In this document: positions 41,964-52,653 of the stretch, in pieces
How positions within the stretch are numbered: position 1 is the stretch's first letter
Layout: the number at the start of each line of letters is the position of its first letter
Source of the DNA: an uncultured Acidimicrobiia bacterium
Lineage (GTDB): Bacteria; Acidobacteriota; Terriglobia; Versatilivoradales; Versatilivoraceae
NCBI GenBank assembly: GCA_963786955.1
Contig: CAWBAT010000003.1
Span: forward strand, 160,001-224,000
Reading direction: 5' to 3'
Length of the DNA stretch: 64,000 nucleotides
Position numbers and translations under genes: made by a program
Notes under the pieces: generated by a model
The model's input: only the letters and a program-made list of their open reading frames with translations
Database searches by the model: none
What the model was told of the DNA's origin: nothing

Positions 41964-42407
41964 ATGACACACAAGACGCTGTGGGCGACGGTGTGTAGCG
42001 TTGCCTTGGCGGCGATGGTCTCCATGCCGACGCTCGCGCAACAAGGGGTGGGAGGGAGAAAGGGCTCGCCGCACTACAACCCGAAGACGGAAGTGACATT
42101 CAAAGGCACGGTCCAGGAAGTCAAGGAGTATCCGAGTCAGGGAGGCGGCTCGCGTACTGGCCTGCACGTGATCCTTAAGACGGATAACGGCAGTTTTGAC
42201 GTTCACGTCGGCCCGACCGATTACTGGAAGAAGAATGGATTCGAACTGACCAAGGGGGACTCGATCCAGGTGATTGGCTCGAAGATCAAAGTGGATGACG
42301 CAGAGTTCATTATCGCACGCGAGGTTAAGAAGGGCGACAAGGCCGTTACGCTACGCAACGCCGAGGGGGTTCCCGCCTGGTCCGGTGGACGACGGTCTCC
42401 TCCTTAG
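41964..42407 (+). CDS. Exported OB-fold protein, paralog of the upstream gene
   Basis: YNPKTEVTFKGTV, VHVGP..Y, GDSIQVIG, LRNAEGVPAW. Confidence 0.8.
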   Translation: MTHKTLWATVCSVALAAMVSMPTLAQQGVGGRKGSPHYNPKTEVTFKGTVQEVKEYPSQGGGSRTGLHVILKTDNGSFDVHVGPTDYWKKNGFELTKGDSIQVIGSKIKVDDAEFIIAREVKKGDKAVTLRNAEGVPAWSGGRRSPP

Positions 42408-42664
42408 AGCGAAAACCACACTCCCGAACCCGCTGCTCGGCGCACGCTCTTGCATGCGCCGCGGAGCCGCAAACCGTTATTTAATCTCATATAACAGCAC
42501 TGCGTCTCTTGTGAAACAAGACTCTCAGGATATTCCTGCCGGATCCGAAGACAGATCTGATGAGCGGTATGCCGCTGTCTGTGAAGTGCTTTCTGGTCCC
42601 CTTCCAAAATTTCGTCGATTAATCCTTTCACTAGCTGCAGCCTCGGACTCTTCTGCCTAACCAC
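42404..42664 (-). mobile_element. IS21-family transposase (IstA) N-terminal fragment
   Basis: IDEILEGDQKALHRQRHTAHQICLRIRQEYP resembles the IstA pattern ID.IL..D...P.KQRHTA.RI..RL..E. No DDE domain or istB nearby. Confidence 0.7.
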
Positions 42665-42846
42665 TTTCCGCCCCGGCGAAGCACGTTACAGGTCGTGACC
42701 GAAAAGGCGGACTGGCGTGGCGTCATAAAGAAATGGTAAGGTACTTCCTTCTTGCGGAGCAGTGAGCGGCGTATCCCAATGGGCGTGGGGTGGTGCTGCA
42801 GCACGGCCGTTCTGCCCGGGGCCGGTCAAGTGGAGTGAAAGCAATC

Positions 42847-44312
42847 ATGCGCGTTGGTTTCGTCTGCATCATCGGATTAACTTTGGCCTCACTCCTCGAG
42901 GTGCCGCCTTCCCGCTCAGGCAAATGGGGCGTAGTTAACATCACCTACCAGCAGGCTCAGCCCATTCTCGAAGTGCTTGACGGCGACCTGCCCGCCGAGC
43001 TGAAGAACCGGAGTCCGGCAGAACTGGAGGCCGCTTGGCCGGGCTGGGTCGCACGTCACGGCCAGGAGATTCGTGCCCGCCTGATTCGCGGGGAAGAAGA
43101 TACACTGGTCAATTTTCTTACCTTTGGGACCTCCTACACGACGCAGCCACGGCTAACTCCAGTAGAGTTTAAAGGCTTGCGGCTCAACCAGGTCCCATCA
43201 CAGCTTTCACCCGACAGCTCGCCAGCGGCCACTCTCTTCTTGATCGGGTCGATGACTTGTTGCGGGGCTTGGCGAACCCAGGGAATAACGAAAGACTGCT
43301 TTTCTTTGCCCAGTTCATGGAAAAGCAGGGCTATCATCCTCGAGAAGCGTACGGGGTTCGTCCTGACCTGTCGGAGCGAGCTCGCTTGAAGGCATACGTG
43401 ATTGCCAATGCTGCGCGCGTGGTCAAGGAGCAGGAAGGGTTTTCAAAGGGAGCTAGAGCAGGCCCGTCAGCTGAAGGATCGCACAGAGGATTTTGCGGAG
43501 CGCTCGAAACTTTATCGTTCCCGAGGGCTTTCTTATGACACCTCGCTGTTGCCCAACTTCGCCATAGTGGAGTCGCTCAAGGCGATGCAGGTGCGCAGGC
43601 TACTCGCGCCGGGCAGCGTGCGCCGTGCGGCAGTGATTGGCCCCGGGCTTGACTTTACGGACAAAGTGGGCGGCTACGACTTCTATCCCCAGCAGACTAT
43701 CCAGTGCTTTGCCTTGGCAGATACGTTGTTCCGATTGGGCCTTGCCCGCGTCGGGCAATTGGAGCTCACCACATTCGACATCAGCCAGCGCGTCAACGAC
43801 CACTTGCGGCGTGCAAGGCGCCGCGCCCAACTCGGTCAAGCGTATGTCTTGCAATTGCCCCGACAACAGCAAGTACCTTGGAAGCCGGCGGCTTCCAAAT
43901 TTTGGCGGCAGTTTGGGAACCAAATCGGGACGCCGGTAACTCCTATTCAGGTCGCCAGCGCTCGCCGGGAACGTGGAGACTCGTGCCGTCAAAATCCGCC
44001 CCGCCATCGTTTCAATGATCACGCCGGTGGAACTGGACATCGTGACCCAGCATCTCGACCTACCTCCCAAAGAGCGGTTTCGACCTGATCGTCGCCACCA
44101 ACGTCTTCCTCTATTACAAATTCTTCGATCAATTGCTTGCCCTTGCCAACACGCAAATCATGCTGCGGCCGGGAGGCTTCCTGCTCTCGAACGATTCTCT
44201 GCCCATATTGGACGCCTCTCCAATGCGCTCGGTGGACTACCTCTCACTCTTCTATTCCGACCGCCCTGAAGATGGTGACGTCATTGTTTGGTACCAGCGA
44301 TCACCCGGCTGA
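42847..44312 (+). CDS. Hypothetical protein with class I SAM-methyltransferase-like C-terminus and hydrophobic N-terminus, several apparent frameshifts
   Basis: Pieces at 42790, 43257, 43402 and 43973: AVIGPGLDF, TTFDIS, ELDIV, and DLIVATNVFLYY...LRPGGFLLSN after a frame change. Confidence 0.65.
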
Positions 44313-44424
44313 AGTTCCTCCGGAGCATCTCGGTAGCATTCCCCCCCCCCAGGTTTTCTCTTGGCATCGCAGGCTTGATGAGGGCCAACTTGCTAGCCCG
44401 GATTTCTCACCACGAATTGGACTT

Positions 44425-44526
44425 CCTGGGAGCGCAAGCTTCCAGCCTGCATCTTCGTCGGATTTGACCCAATCCGTGACGGGCAGCGGGAAGGGACAGA
44501 GCCGGCAAGATGCCGGCGGTCCCAGG
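44425..44526. repeat. REP doublet (BIME-like) with inverted ends
   Basis: cctgggagcgcaagcttccagcctgc ... gccggcaagatgccggcggtcccagg. Confidence 0.65.
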
Positions 44527-44609
44527 GGTTGCCAGTTATCCCCGTCCGCCGGTGAGAAATGCGCGCTAGAGCATTCTTCTTAGCTTATTTCACTTCATTG
44601 GCGGTTCAA

Positions 44610-45875
44610 TTACTTTGCCATTGTCCTTTCAAAAGTTGCGGGCAGGGTGGCAGTGGTGCTAGGGTTCGCGATTCCAGCTTCGCCATTTTCCAGCCATTTC
44701 CTGGCGACAGTGCGCACTTTTTCCAGATTGTCTCCACCCACCCCGATTAAGGAATAAAATACCCTTCGTGCCGATTGGTCGTTCGGTAGATCCCAGAAAT
44801 CCATGCCGGCAGGCGAGAAGTGGTTCGGATAGATCTTGAGAGAATCACCGTTCACTTCATGGGCCTGACTGTTAAGCCAGCCGATCGGCCAATGATCCCA
44901 GGACTTCGAAACCCAGCCCCAACCGCCGGTATCACGGAAGCTATGTTCCTTGATGCGGGTAAAATCATGCCGAAAGCCTGAAGCATCTCCAAAAACGCAG
45001 AATGGAGCACCGTCCCGCATCGGTACAATGAGGGCCACTCCAGCTGAGTCGTCGAGCAGTTTCCAATCGGCTCCAGCACGGCGAGGTGTTGCCTTCCAAA
45101 TCGGGTTGGATTCGGGAGTGGGTTTCCAAAATACATCGTACCGACTACTGGAGAAAGGATCGAGCACAGCCAAGGCATGGCTTTCTCCCGTCCGGTCGTC
45201 CTTTCTGAGCACATCACTCCACATTTTATCAACTGGACACATCCCGATCATTTCAATGGGTTCGCGAGCATAGCCTTTGTTCTCTTTAGGGATCAGTGAT
45301 TCATAGGTTTGACGTCGCAGAATCAAGCCGTTTGGGTAAGCCCAAAAATCTTCGCTAGCGCGGTAGGCAGGTTGCCCACTATCCATGTTTACGCCGAAGT
45401 AGGTCCATCTTACCCAGACACGCTCGGGGCCCGATTCGATAATGTCAACAAAGCTATTTTTGTCTTTTCGCCCCCAGTCGTTAAACAATTCGGCCCAGCC
45501 TTCATTTCCTTCAAAGAACTGATAGCAAAAACCTGTCCCGGAGGGGAATTCAAACCAGGGACAATAACTTCCCTCGTGGCAGAAAACGAATCGGAAAGGG
45601 AAGTCCTTCCAAAAGACAATGAAAGCCTTCTTGGGATTGCCGTCGGCATGGGGTGGGCTTGGAAGATCCCCTTTGTAATTCCCGAAGATATAGTCTGTCA
45701 CTTCGACAACCGAAACACCTTCTGTCTTGAGGCGGCTCACTTCCGCTACCGTCAGCGGAAGGGGCTTGATCAGCGGACTCGATATCTTTTCCCCTGCTGA
45801 AAGCTGAAAACCGGTTAGCGCTATCGCTGCCAGCAGAATATAGAAAAGAATGCGAAACAATTTAAGATCCTTCAT
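44610..45875 (-). CDS. Exported hypothetical protein, Trp/aromatic-rich
   Basis: 421 aa intact ORF with signal peptide and GGAGG RBS; no family recognised. Confidence 0.75.
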   Translation of the reverse strand: MKDLKLFRILFYILLAAIALTGFQLSAGEKISSPLIKPLPLTVAEVSRLKTEGVSVVEVTDYIFGNYKGDLPSPPHADGNPKKAFIVFWKDFPFRFVFCHEGSYCPWFEFPSGTGFCYQFFEGNEGWAELFNDWGRKDKNSFVDIIESGPERVWVRWTYFGVNMDSGQPAYRASEDFWAYPNGLILRRQTYESLIPKENKGYAREPIEMIGMCPVDKMWSDVLRKDDRTGESHALAVLDPFSSSRYDVFWKPTPESNPIWKATPRRAGADWKLLDDSAGVALIVPMRDGAPFCVFGDASGFRHDFTRIKEHSFRDTGGWGWVSKSWDHWPIGWLNSQAHEVNGDSLKIYPNHFSPAGMDFWDLPNDQSARRVFYSLIGVGGDNLEKVRTVARKWLENGEAGIANPSTTATLPATFERTMAK

Positions 45876-45986
45876 TGACCCTCCGTTCTACACAGCAGTA
45901 ACAGGCCCCCAAGCTTATCTTCCACCGGAGCACCGGACCAAAGACGCTAATTTTGTCACCCTTTTGCTGCCCTGCCGCCGGAAGAC

Positions 45987-46166
45987 CGAAACGCCAAAAA
46001 CGCGAAGAGCGCCAAGAGAAAAAAAAGAGATCTGGGCTGCTGCTGGTTGATTCCAAGAGCCTGGAGCTTAGGCTCGCTACCCAATGAGCGCGGCCTCAAT
46101 GCCGCCCTGAGCCACCTCGATGGCGATCCCGTAAGCCCCTGAGTGGTCATTGCGTTCTTGGCGTTT
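45987..46166. repeat. 9-mer repeat tract with a partial inverted copy
   Basis: aacgccaaa aacgcgaag agcgccaag near 45990-46017, and cattgcgttcttggcgtt near 46148-46165. Confidence 0.4.
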
Positions 46167-46184
46167 CCACACCATTCTCGTATG

Positions 46185-47412
46185 TTACCCATTCACTGCG
46201 TCCAGCATGGCCACAATGTTTTGAGGAGGAACATCAGCCATGATATTGTGCACTTGCTGGAAAACAAACCCGCCTCCCGGAGCCAGAACCTCAACCTGCC
46301 GTTTTACATGTTCACGGACTGCCTGCGGCTGAACCATGGGGCAAAATGTCGCGTGTGTCGCAGCCTCCCCCCCAGAAGGTGATCTCTCTCCCAAAATCCG
46401 CTTTCAATCCTTTGGGCTCCATCCCCTTACACGTAATCTGAACAGGATTAATGGCATCCAGCCCCGCTTCGATCAGATCGGGAAGAATCTCCCGAACCCC
46501 GCCGCAGCAATGCAGCATTACTTTAACATTGGCCAATTCTTTAGCGCGTTTCCACATTTGTGCATGTCTCGGCTTGAAGAATTCACGATACATTTTCGGG
46601 GACATCTGGGGCCCCCGCTGCGAGCCGAGATCATCTCCGAAAAGTATGATATCGATGTAAGGTCCAACAGCCCCAAGGAACTTTTCCAAGTTCTTGAGAT
46701 GAATCGTAACCAGTTTCTCCAGAAAATCGTGCGCGCGGTCAGGGTCTCCAGCCAACAGCATCAGGAAGTTATCATTGCGGTAAAGAAACTGGCCGATCTC
46801 CAGCAGGTTTCCTCCAAACAAGCCGATGATCGCTTTGTCAGTTTGCTGTCGCAGTTTTCTGGCTCCTTCAATAAATTCCCGTTGTCCTTCCGGTCCTTCG
46901 ATCAAAGGACCTGGAGGGGAAGCCACTGTCGTCCACATGCATTCGCTGAAGGCATCCAGGATGCGGTCATGATCAGCTTTCCCTTCCGCAAAAGGGTAGA
47001 AAGTTTGTTCGAAAAAGAGCGCACCGTCCGGCATCTGAGCAATCACTCTGCCGGTGCGCGAACGCAAAACCCATCGATTAGGTTCCCTTTCGGGGGAGAC
47101 CCACACTGGCATTTGACAAGGGGTGCCGTCAGGGAGAACCCAATCTTTCCAATGAATGGCCTCCAAAGCAAAAGCTCTTCCCAGTTCTATGGCGTCTATG
47201 CCGAATCGGTCTAGGACGTCAGGGTCAACAATCGCCAATTGTTGAACCGGGTCGTAAACTCGGATAGTTTTCTTGGGTAGCCCCAGATAATTTCTCAACC
47301 GCGAGTATGCAACTGCAGCGATGCCTGAGGAACGATGACCCGATAGGTCAACGGCTACCCGGTCGGGATCTCGATGATTTAGAGCGGCAAGAACTCTCTC
47401 TCTTGAGTTCAT
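46185..47412 (-). CDS. Uroporphyrinogen decarboxylase / MtaA-CmuA methyltransferase family protein, frameshifted near 46320-46345
   Basis: MNSRERVLAALNH, GDDLGSQRGPQMSP, MLHCCG, NPVQ, FWGGGCDT; C-terminus GGGFVFQQVHNIMADVPPQNI in another frame. Confidence 0.85.
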
Positions 47413-47971
47413 AGGGATGTCCTCTTCCTGAAGTTTTCATTAAAGGGCGATGGATTCCAGTAGATGGAACGTCTTGGCTGCACAATTATCCTTTCGGACG
47501 AAGCAATTTAGATGCCGTGCCAAGGTTTGTGTGGATGGGCTGTGCGCCTCTTCTTTATTTTGCCTATTGGCAAAGATCAGGCTTCTGGATCTCTCTTCAC
47601 GACAGGGGCATCTCCAGAGGAGAATCCCCAACAGAGCTCTCTCAACTCACACGCAATAGCCTGAAGTGTGCTCTCTTCTGGTGTTTGGTACGTCTGGTGC
47701 TATTGCGCCATTCGACCCACACCTTGGCAAGATCCCCCGGGAATCAAAGATTGGAAAATAGTGGGGGGACATTCATCCCCATTTCCAATCGGGATGCGTG
47801 ATCGAGACCGATTTATCTCTTAACCTTAGGGTGAAAAATCTTAACATTGGCATGACAAACAGAGGATTGCGTACTATCATCTTTCTACCGTCTAAAAAGA
47901 CAATGTCCTTGATATTCTCAAGCAGAATGAGCGGATTAAAGTAGGGCTCAAAAAATCACATCACAAATCGA

Positions 47972-50713
47972 ATGCAGAGGATGATCAAATTTTTAACATC
48001 GGCTGAGCATAGGGGCTTCGCCTTTTTTGGGGCAAGACTGCTGTTCAGTGGGGTCATTACCGGAGCTGTGCTCGTTTATGGTACAGGACTATCCTTTTTA
48101 ACCGGGTCTCCGGCGCAAAACGCATCTACGAACCAAATGGGAGTGCGAATGATCATTGTGTACTCAACTGGAGAGGCGGAGAGAATCTTGGAGCGATTGA
48201 AAAGTGGCCTGGAATTTGCGGTGGTTGCGCGAGAGGAGTCCGTAGACCCCACCGCAGTCAACGGCGGCCTCTTGAGTAGGTCCGATATTGCGACACTACA
48301 GCCTGAGTTGAGAGACGCGTTGAAGGGCCTTGAACCAGGGCAGCTTTCACCCATCGTTCAGATACCATTAGGTTATGCAATCTTGAAGCTTTTGTCGCAA
48401 TCCGAAGTGGTGGATATCGAGGAGTCTGACCGTTCTCGGTTGGCCGCCACCAAAGCTCTGGGTAACGTGCGGCTTCCGGCTGATGTTGACGGACGCGCGG
48501 AGGCATTATCGGCTCTGGTTCGGCTCCCCAGGAAGAATGGCTGGGACCAGGACTTGCAGGCGATCTGTGAGTCGTACAACCAATCGTTTTCCGTGTCCAT
48601 GGAAGGGCTCGAGAAGATGCTGAGCCCAACTAGCAAGGAGGGTGCAGATTATGTGAAGTATGCCAAGCCGCTTGATGTGATGCAGGCTCACGTCGCCAAG
48701 GGACAACTCCATGCCTACAAAGGCGAAATGGAGAAGGCCGTCGAAGAGTGGGAAATCGCATACCGGATTGCGGTGGAGGATGTCCCTCTGATTTTGCCTC
48801 GGATGGATGAAATGCTCGGGATTGGCTATCTGCACAAATCCGAGATGGATAATGACGTGTATCGAAATCCCGGCGAGAGGTGCCTTTTCCCAATGCCTCT
48901 GGGGATCCGATACGCGAAAACGGCTAGTTCTGAGAAAGCCATTCAGTATTTCTCCAGATATCTCGAGAAAAAGCCCGACGAGCTCGAAGTGAAATGGCTA
49001 CTGAATTTGACCTACATGACGTTGGGAGAATACCCGGCTGGGGTTCCGCAAAAGTACCTGCTGCCCCCCGCTCTGTTCACATCTATTGAGAATGTCGGAC
49101 GATTTAAAGACGTGGCCCCCGAAGCCGGATTGAACCTGTTCGTGATGGCCTCGGGCGTGATCGTGGATGACTTCGATAATGATGGATTATTCGAGGTGGT
49201 GACTACGAGTTGGGACAGTTGCGAGCCGATGCACTATTTGCACAACAATGGGAAGGGGAGCTTCACAGACCAAGCCGCGAAGGCAGGACTATCAAACCAG
49301 TTGGGTGGGTTGAACCTCATGCAGACAGACTACAACAACGATGGATGCTTGGACATTCTGGTGTTGCGGGGAGCCTGGCAATCGCTGGGGCAGCGCAAAT
49401 CGTTGCTCCGAAATAATTGCAACGGAACCTTCACTGATGTCACCCAAGAGAGCGGCCTGGCAAAGCCGGCCACGAACACGCAGGCCGGAGTTTGGGCGGA
49501 TATCAACAACGACGGTTTTCTTGATCTCTTCGTGGGTAACGAGAATGGCCCCAGCCAGTTATTTCTGAATAAGGGTGACGGGACCTTCACAGACATCTCC
49601 CAATCTGCCGGCATCGACCAAACCAAGTTCACGAAGGGAGTTGTGGCGGAAGATTATGACAACGACGGGTACGTGGATTTCTACGTTTCGAACGTGATCG
49701 GCTACAACTTTCTATATCACAACAAGCACGATAGAACCTTCACAGAGATCGCGGATCAAGCCAGAGTGCCGGGGACCGGAAGGAGCTTCGCCACCTGGTT
49801 CTTTGACTATGACAATGATGGTTGGCCTGACATTTTCGATACAGCCTACCAGGCGTCGGTTGATGAGACCGTGCGTACCTACCTCGGGCTTCCTCACAAT
49901 GCCCCATCCTCAAGACTATACAAGAACCTGGGAAATGGCGCGTTCCGCGATGTGACCAAGGAAGTCGGACTTGACCGGGTCTTCATGCCCATGGGCGCTA
50001 ATTTCGGCGACGTGGATAACGACGGATATTTGGATATCTACCTCGGCACCGGTGACCCTTCTTATGCCTCTCTGGTTCCCAATATCTTGTTCCGCAATAA
50101 GGAAGGAAAATCTTTCGTCGATATCACCGCTTCTTCGGGCACCGGCGAGTTGCATAAAGGACACGGCGTCGCCTTTGTAGACATTGACAACGATGGCGAC
50201 GAAGATATTTTCACCTCAATTGGTGGTGCGGTGCCTGGTGACCGTCATGCATTCCGCCTTTTCGAGAACCCTGGCAACGGCAACAATTGGATCAGTCTGC
50301 GGCTAGTGGGAAGCAAGTCAAACCGGGCCGCGATTGGAGCGAAGATCAAAGTGACGGTGAAGAACGAGGGCCAGCCAATCCGGGCGATCTATCGCACCGT
50401 CGGCAGTGGAGGGTCTTTTGGAGCGTCCCCGTTGCAGCAACACATCGGTTTAGGCAAATCGGCGCAGATTGTGAGCCTCGAAATAAGGTGGCCGGGAGGA
50501 AGCATGACACCGCAAATATTCTCCAACGTAGGCAAGAACCAGTTTCTCGAAATCAAAGAGTCTGCCGCGGACTATACGAAACTCGAGCGGCGGCCGTTCC
50601 ACCTGGGAGGCACGAAGAATGAGGCCTCGATCCCCGTCAACCCTTCCGCGGATCATCAAAAGCAAAAGGGTGCAGACGGAGTAATTCAACAGGGAATTCA
50701 GCGGATACGGTGA
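47972..50713 (+). CDS. CRTAC1/ASPIC-UnbV protein with FG-GAP repeats, N-terminal PpiC rotamase-like domain and TPR-like region
   Basis: AREESVDP...GGLL...GQLSPIVQIPLGYAIL (rotamase-like); repeated DxDNDGxxD; SNRAAIGAKI and HIGLG (ASPIC). Confidence 0.88.
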   Translation: MQRMIKFLTSAEHRGFAFFGARLLFSGVITGAVLVYGTGLSFLTGSPAQNASTNQMGVRMIIVYSTGEAERILERLKSGLEFAVVAREESVDPTAVNGGLLSRSDIATLQPELRDALKGLEPGQLSPIVQIPLGYAILKLLSQSEVVDIEESDRSRLAATKALGNVRLPADVDGRAEALSALVRLPRKNGWDQDLQAICESYNQSFSVSMEGLEKMLSPTSKEGADYVKYAKPLDVMQAHVAKGQLHAYKGEMEKAVEEWEIAYRIAVEDVPLILPRMDEMLGIGYLHKSEMDNDVYRNPGERCLFPMPLGIRYAKTASSEKAIQYFSRYLEKKPDELEVKWLLNLTYMTLGEYPAGVPQKYLLPPALFTSIENVGRFKDVAPEAGLNLFVMASGVIVDDFDNDGLFEVVTTSWDSCEPMHYLHNNGKGSFTDQAAKAGLSNQLGGLNLMQTDYNNDGCLDILVLRGAWQSLGQRKSLLRNNCNGTFTDVTQESGLAKPATNTQAGVWADINNDGFLDLFVGNENGPSQLFLNKGDGTFTDISQSAGIDQTKFTKGVVAEDYDNDGYVDFYVSNVIGYNFLYHNKHDRTFTEIADQARVPGTGRSFATWFFDYDNDGWPDIFDTAYQASVDETVRTYLGLPHNAPSSRLYKNLGNGAFRDVTKEVGLDRVFMPMGANFGDVDNDGYLDIYLGTGDPSYASLVPNILFRNKEGKSFVDITASSGTGELHKGHGVAFVDIDNDGDEDIFTSIGGAVPGDRHAFRLFENPGNGNNWISLRLVGSKSNRAAIGAKIKVTVKNEGQPIRAIYRTVGSGGSFGASPLQQHIGLGKSAQIVSLEIRWPGGSMTPQIFSNVGKNQFLEIKESAADYTKLERRPFHLGGTKNEASIPVNPSADHQKQKGADGVIQQGIQRIR

Positions 50714-51585
50714 AACTAATGAAAGGAAGAATATTCTTCGCCATTGCGGTATGCCTTAGCGCAGGACAGGCCTGGGGCACAGAGCGTTACCCCGTAACCG
50801 GGCTGATCTTAAAAATCGACCGACCACATCAGACCTTCGTTGCATCGTGCGCGGCTATTCCCCAATATATGGAAGCGATGACAATGCCGTTTTCAGTTCG
50901 TGACCAGAAACTGCTGGATGGTCTGGAGCCAAGCATGCAAGTGGATTTCACCTTGGTGGTGGAAGAAAACGACTCCTATGCCGAGGATATTCGCGTGCAC
51001 AGCTATCAAAGTCTGGAACAGGAACCGCTCCTGGTCCGCAGGTTGCAACTTCTGGACAGCTTGGATAAGACGAAACCGGCGATGAACACGCTGGCCCTCG
51101 GCCAGCCAGTTTCCGATTTTGCTTTGATCGATCAAACCAAGCGGCGCATTACCCTTTCACAATTTGCAAATAAGGTTGTGGCTATCACGTTCATCTATAC
51201 GAGTTGTCCGTTACCGAACTACTGTTTCCGGCTGTCCAACAATTTCGGACACCTTCAGAAGCGTTTCGCAGACCAAATGGGACGTGATCTCATCTTACTG
51301 AGCATTAGCATTGACCCGGTACACGATCAGCCGGAGGTAATGGCCAAGTATGCCGAAACGTGGAAGGCCGATCCTAACTCGTGGCACTTCCTGACAGGTT
51401 CATTATCTGACGTCAAGCAGGTGTGCCGCGGCTTCGGCGTCAATTATTGGCCGGATGAGGGCAGCCTGACGCATTCTTTGCATACGGTTGTCATTGACCG
51501 CCAGGGGAAACTGGCAGCTAACTTCGAGGGAAACGAGTTCACGGCTGAACAATTAGGCGATTTTGTAGCGACAACGTTGCGTTAG
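50710..51585 (+). CDS. SCO family protein with N-terminal CusF-like copper-binding domain
   Basis: IPQYMEAMTMPF; TFIYTSCPLPNYC, SISIDPVHD, WHFLTG, HSLHT; GTGA overlap with the upstream gene. Confidence 0.9.
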   Translation: MKLMKGRIFFAIAVCLSAGQAWGTERYPVTGLILKIDRPHQTFVASCAAIPQYMEAMTMPFSVRDQKLLDGLEPSMQVDFTLVVEENDSYAEDIRVHSYQSLEQEPLLVRRLQLLDSLDKTKPAMNTLALGQPVSDFALIDQTKRRITLSQFANKVVAITFIYTSCPLPNYCFRLSNNFGHLQKRFADQMGRDLILLSISIDPVHDQPEVMAKYAETWKADPNSWHFLTGSLSDVKQVCRGFGVNYWPDEGSLTHSLHTVVIDRQGKLAANFEGNEFTAEQLGDFVATTLR

Positions 51586-51777
51586 CCAGACAAATTCGGC
51601 TACGGTATTGGGGAGACGACAATATCAGGCTGCATGCACTCTGTCTCAATAGATCTGATATTTCAGGAGTCACTGAGTGTTGAGACTTAAGATATTTCTT
51701 TATAAGATTTCATATCTTTGTGACTGAGTTTTCCTAAATCAGCGTCTGTCGACTAAATCAAGATTCTTCCGAGAAAT

Positions 51778-52653
51778 TCATACACTCACCACCGGGCAGG
51801 GAGACTCACGGATGATGGTGTAGGCATGAGTGCGAAATCGCCCTAAGGTGCTCACGATGGAGCCTCGACCTACAACGATCAGTTCGGCTTGAACCAATTT
51901 GGCCGCTGCGCAAACTGCTTGAGCGACATCCCCTATTTCCAGTTCCACTTCAAACTTCGTTCCAGCGGCCTGTTGGAGATTATTGAGATCCGTGCGAGCT
52001 TGATCGATCAAGTATTTCCGCCATTCTGGAGCAAAATAATAATCCTCCGCCCGAGGGTTGAGCGCCGTAATCACATGAAGTAGAGTCAACTTGGCGTTGA
52101 ATTCGGTGGCAAGCCGGGATGCCCAGTCGAGTGTTTGCATGCTATGCGGACCTAAGTCGATGGCGCAGAGGATATGACGCAGCGGGATGACTTCTGCCGG
52201 GGATTTGGATTGAAAATGGGCCCCCGTCCAGACTGGGCATTCTGCGTCGTGGAGAACTTTTGAGGTGACAGACCCGAGCAACATTCTGCGGAAGGGCCCG
52301 TATCCGTGCGTTGGCATCAAAATCAAGTCGCAGCCGGTAGATTGTGCCTGTTCGACAATTTTATGGGCTGGGTCCCCCTCGAGTAGGATACGGGTGACTC
52401 TGAAGTCCCGCAGTTCATCGGCAAGAAACGCTTCGAGCTGTTTCCTCGCCTCCTTTCTTCTCTCCACCATGTATTCTCCGGACAGGCTAATACCGAGTTC
52501 GGAAGAACCAAATTCAAGGAAAGGTGGCAATACATGGCATACGATGATCTCACAACTAAAATGCTTTGCGAGCGGGGGCAGGGCGTACCGGATGGCTTCG
52601 TGGCAACGTTCCGAGAAATCAACTGGTAAAAGGATTTTCTTCAATTGAAACAT
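51778..52653 (-). CDS. Universal stress protein (two USP domains)
   Basis: KKILLPVDFS, LILMPTHG...LLGSVTSKVL, ILCAIDL, CPVVSV. Confidence 0.92.
   Translation of the reverse strand: MFQLKKILLPVDFSERCHEAIRYALPPLAKHFSCEIIVCHVLPPFLEFGSSELGISLSGEYMVERRKEARKQLEAFLADELRDFRVTRILLEGDPAHKIVEQAQSTGCDLILMPTHGYGPFRRMLLGSVTSKVLHDAECPVWTGAHFQSKSPAEVIPLRHILCAIDLGPHSMQTLDWASRLATEFNAKLTLLHVITALNPRAEDYYFAPEWRKYLIDQARTDLNNLQQAAGTKFEVELEIGDVAQAVCAAAKLVQAELIVVGRGSIVSTLGRFRTHAYTIIRESPCPVVSV

Noticed and set aside
41326-42407. Magnetosome genes (similar OB folds occur in MamS/MamX)
   Set aside because: No magnetochrome CxxCH in these proteins and no other mam genes; the fold is widespread.
46336-47214. 292-aa plus-strand ORF
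   Set aside because: Antisense to the URO-D-family gene, with no recognisable motifs.
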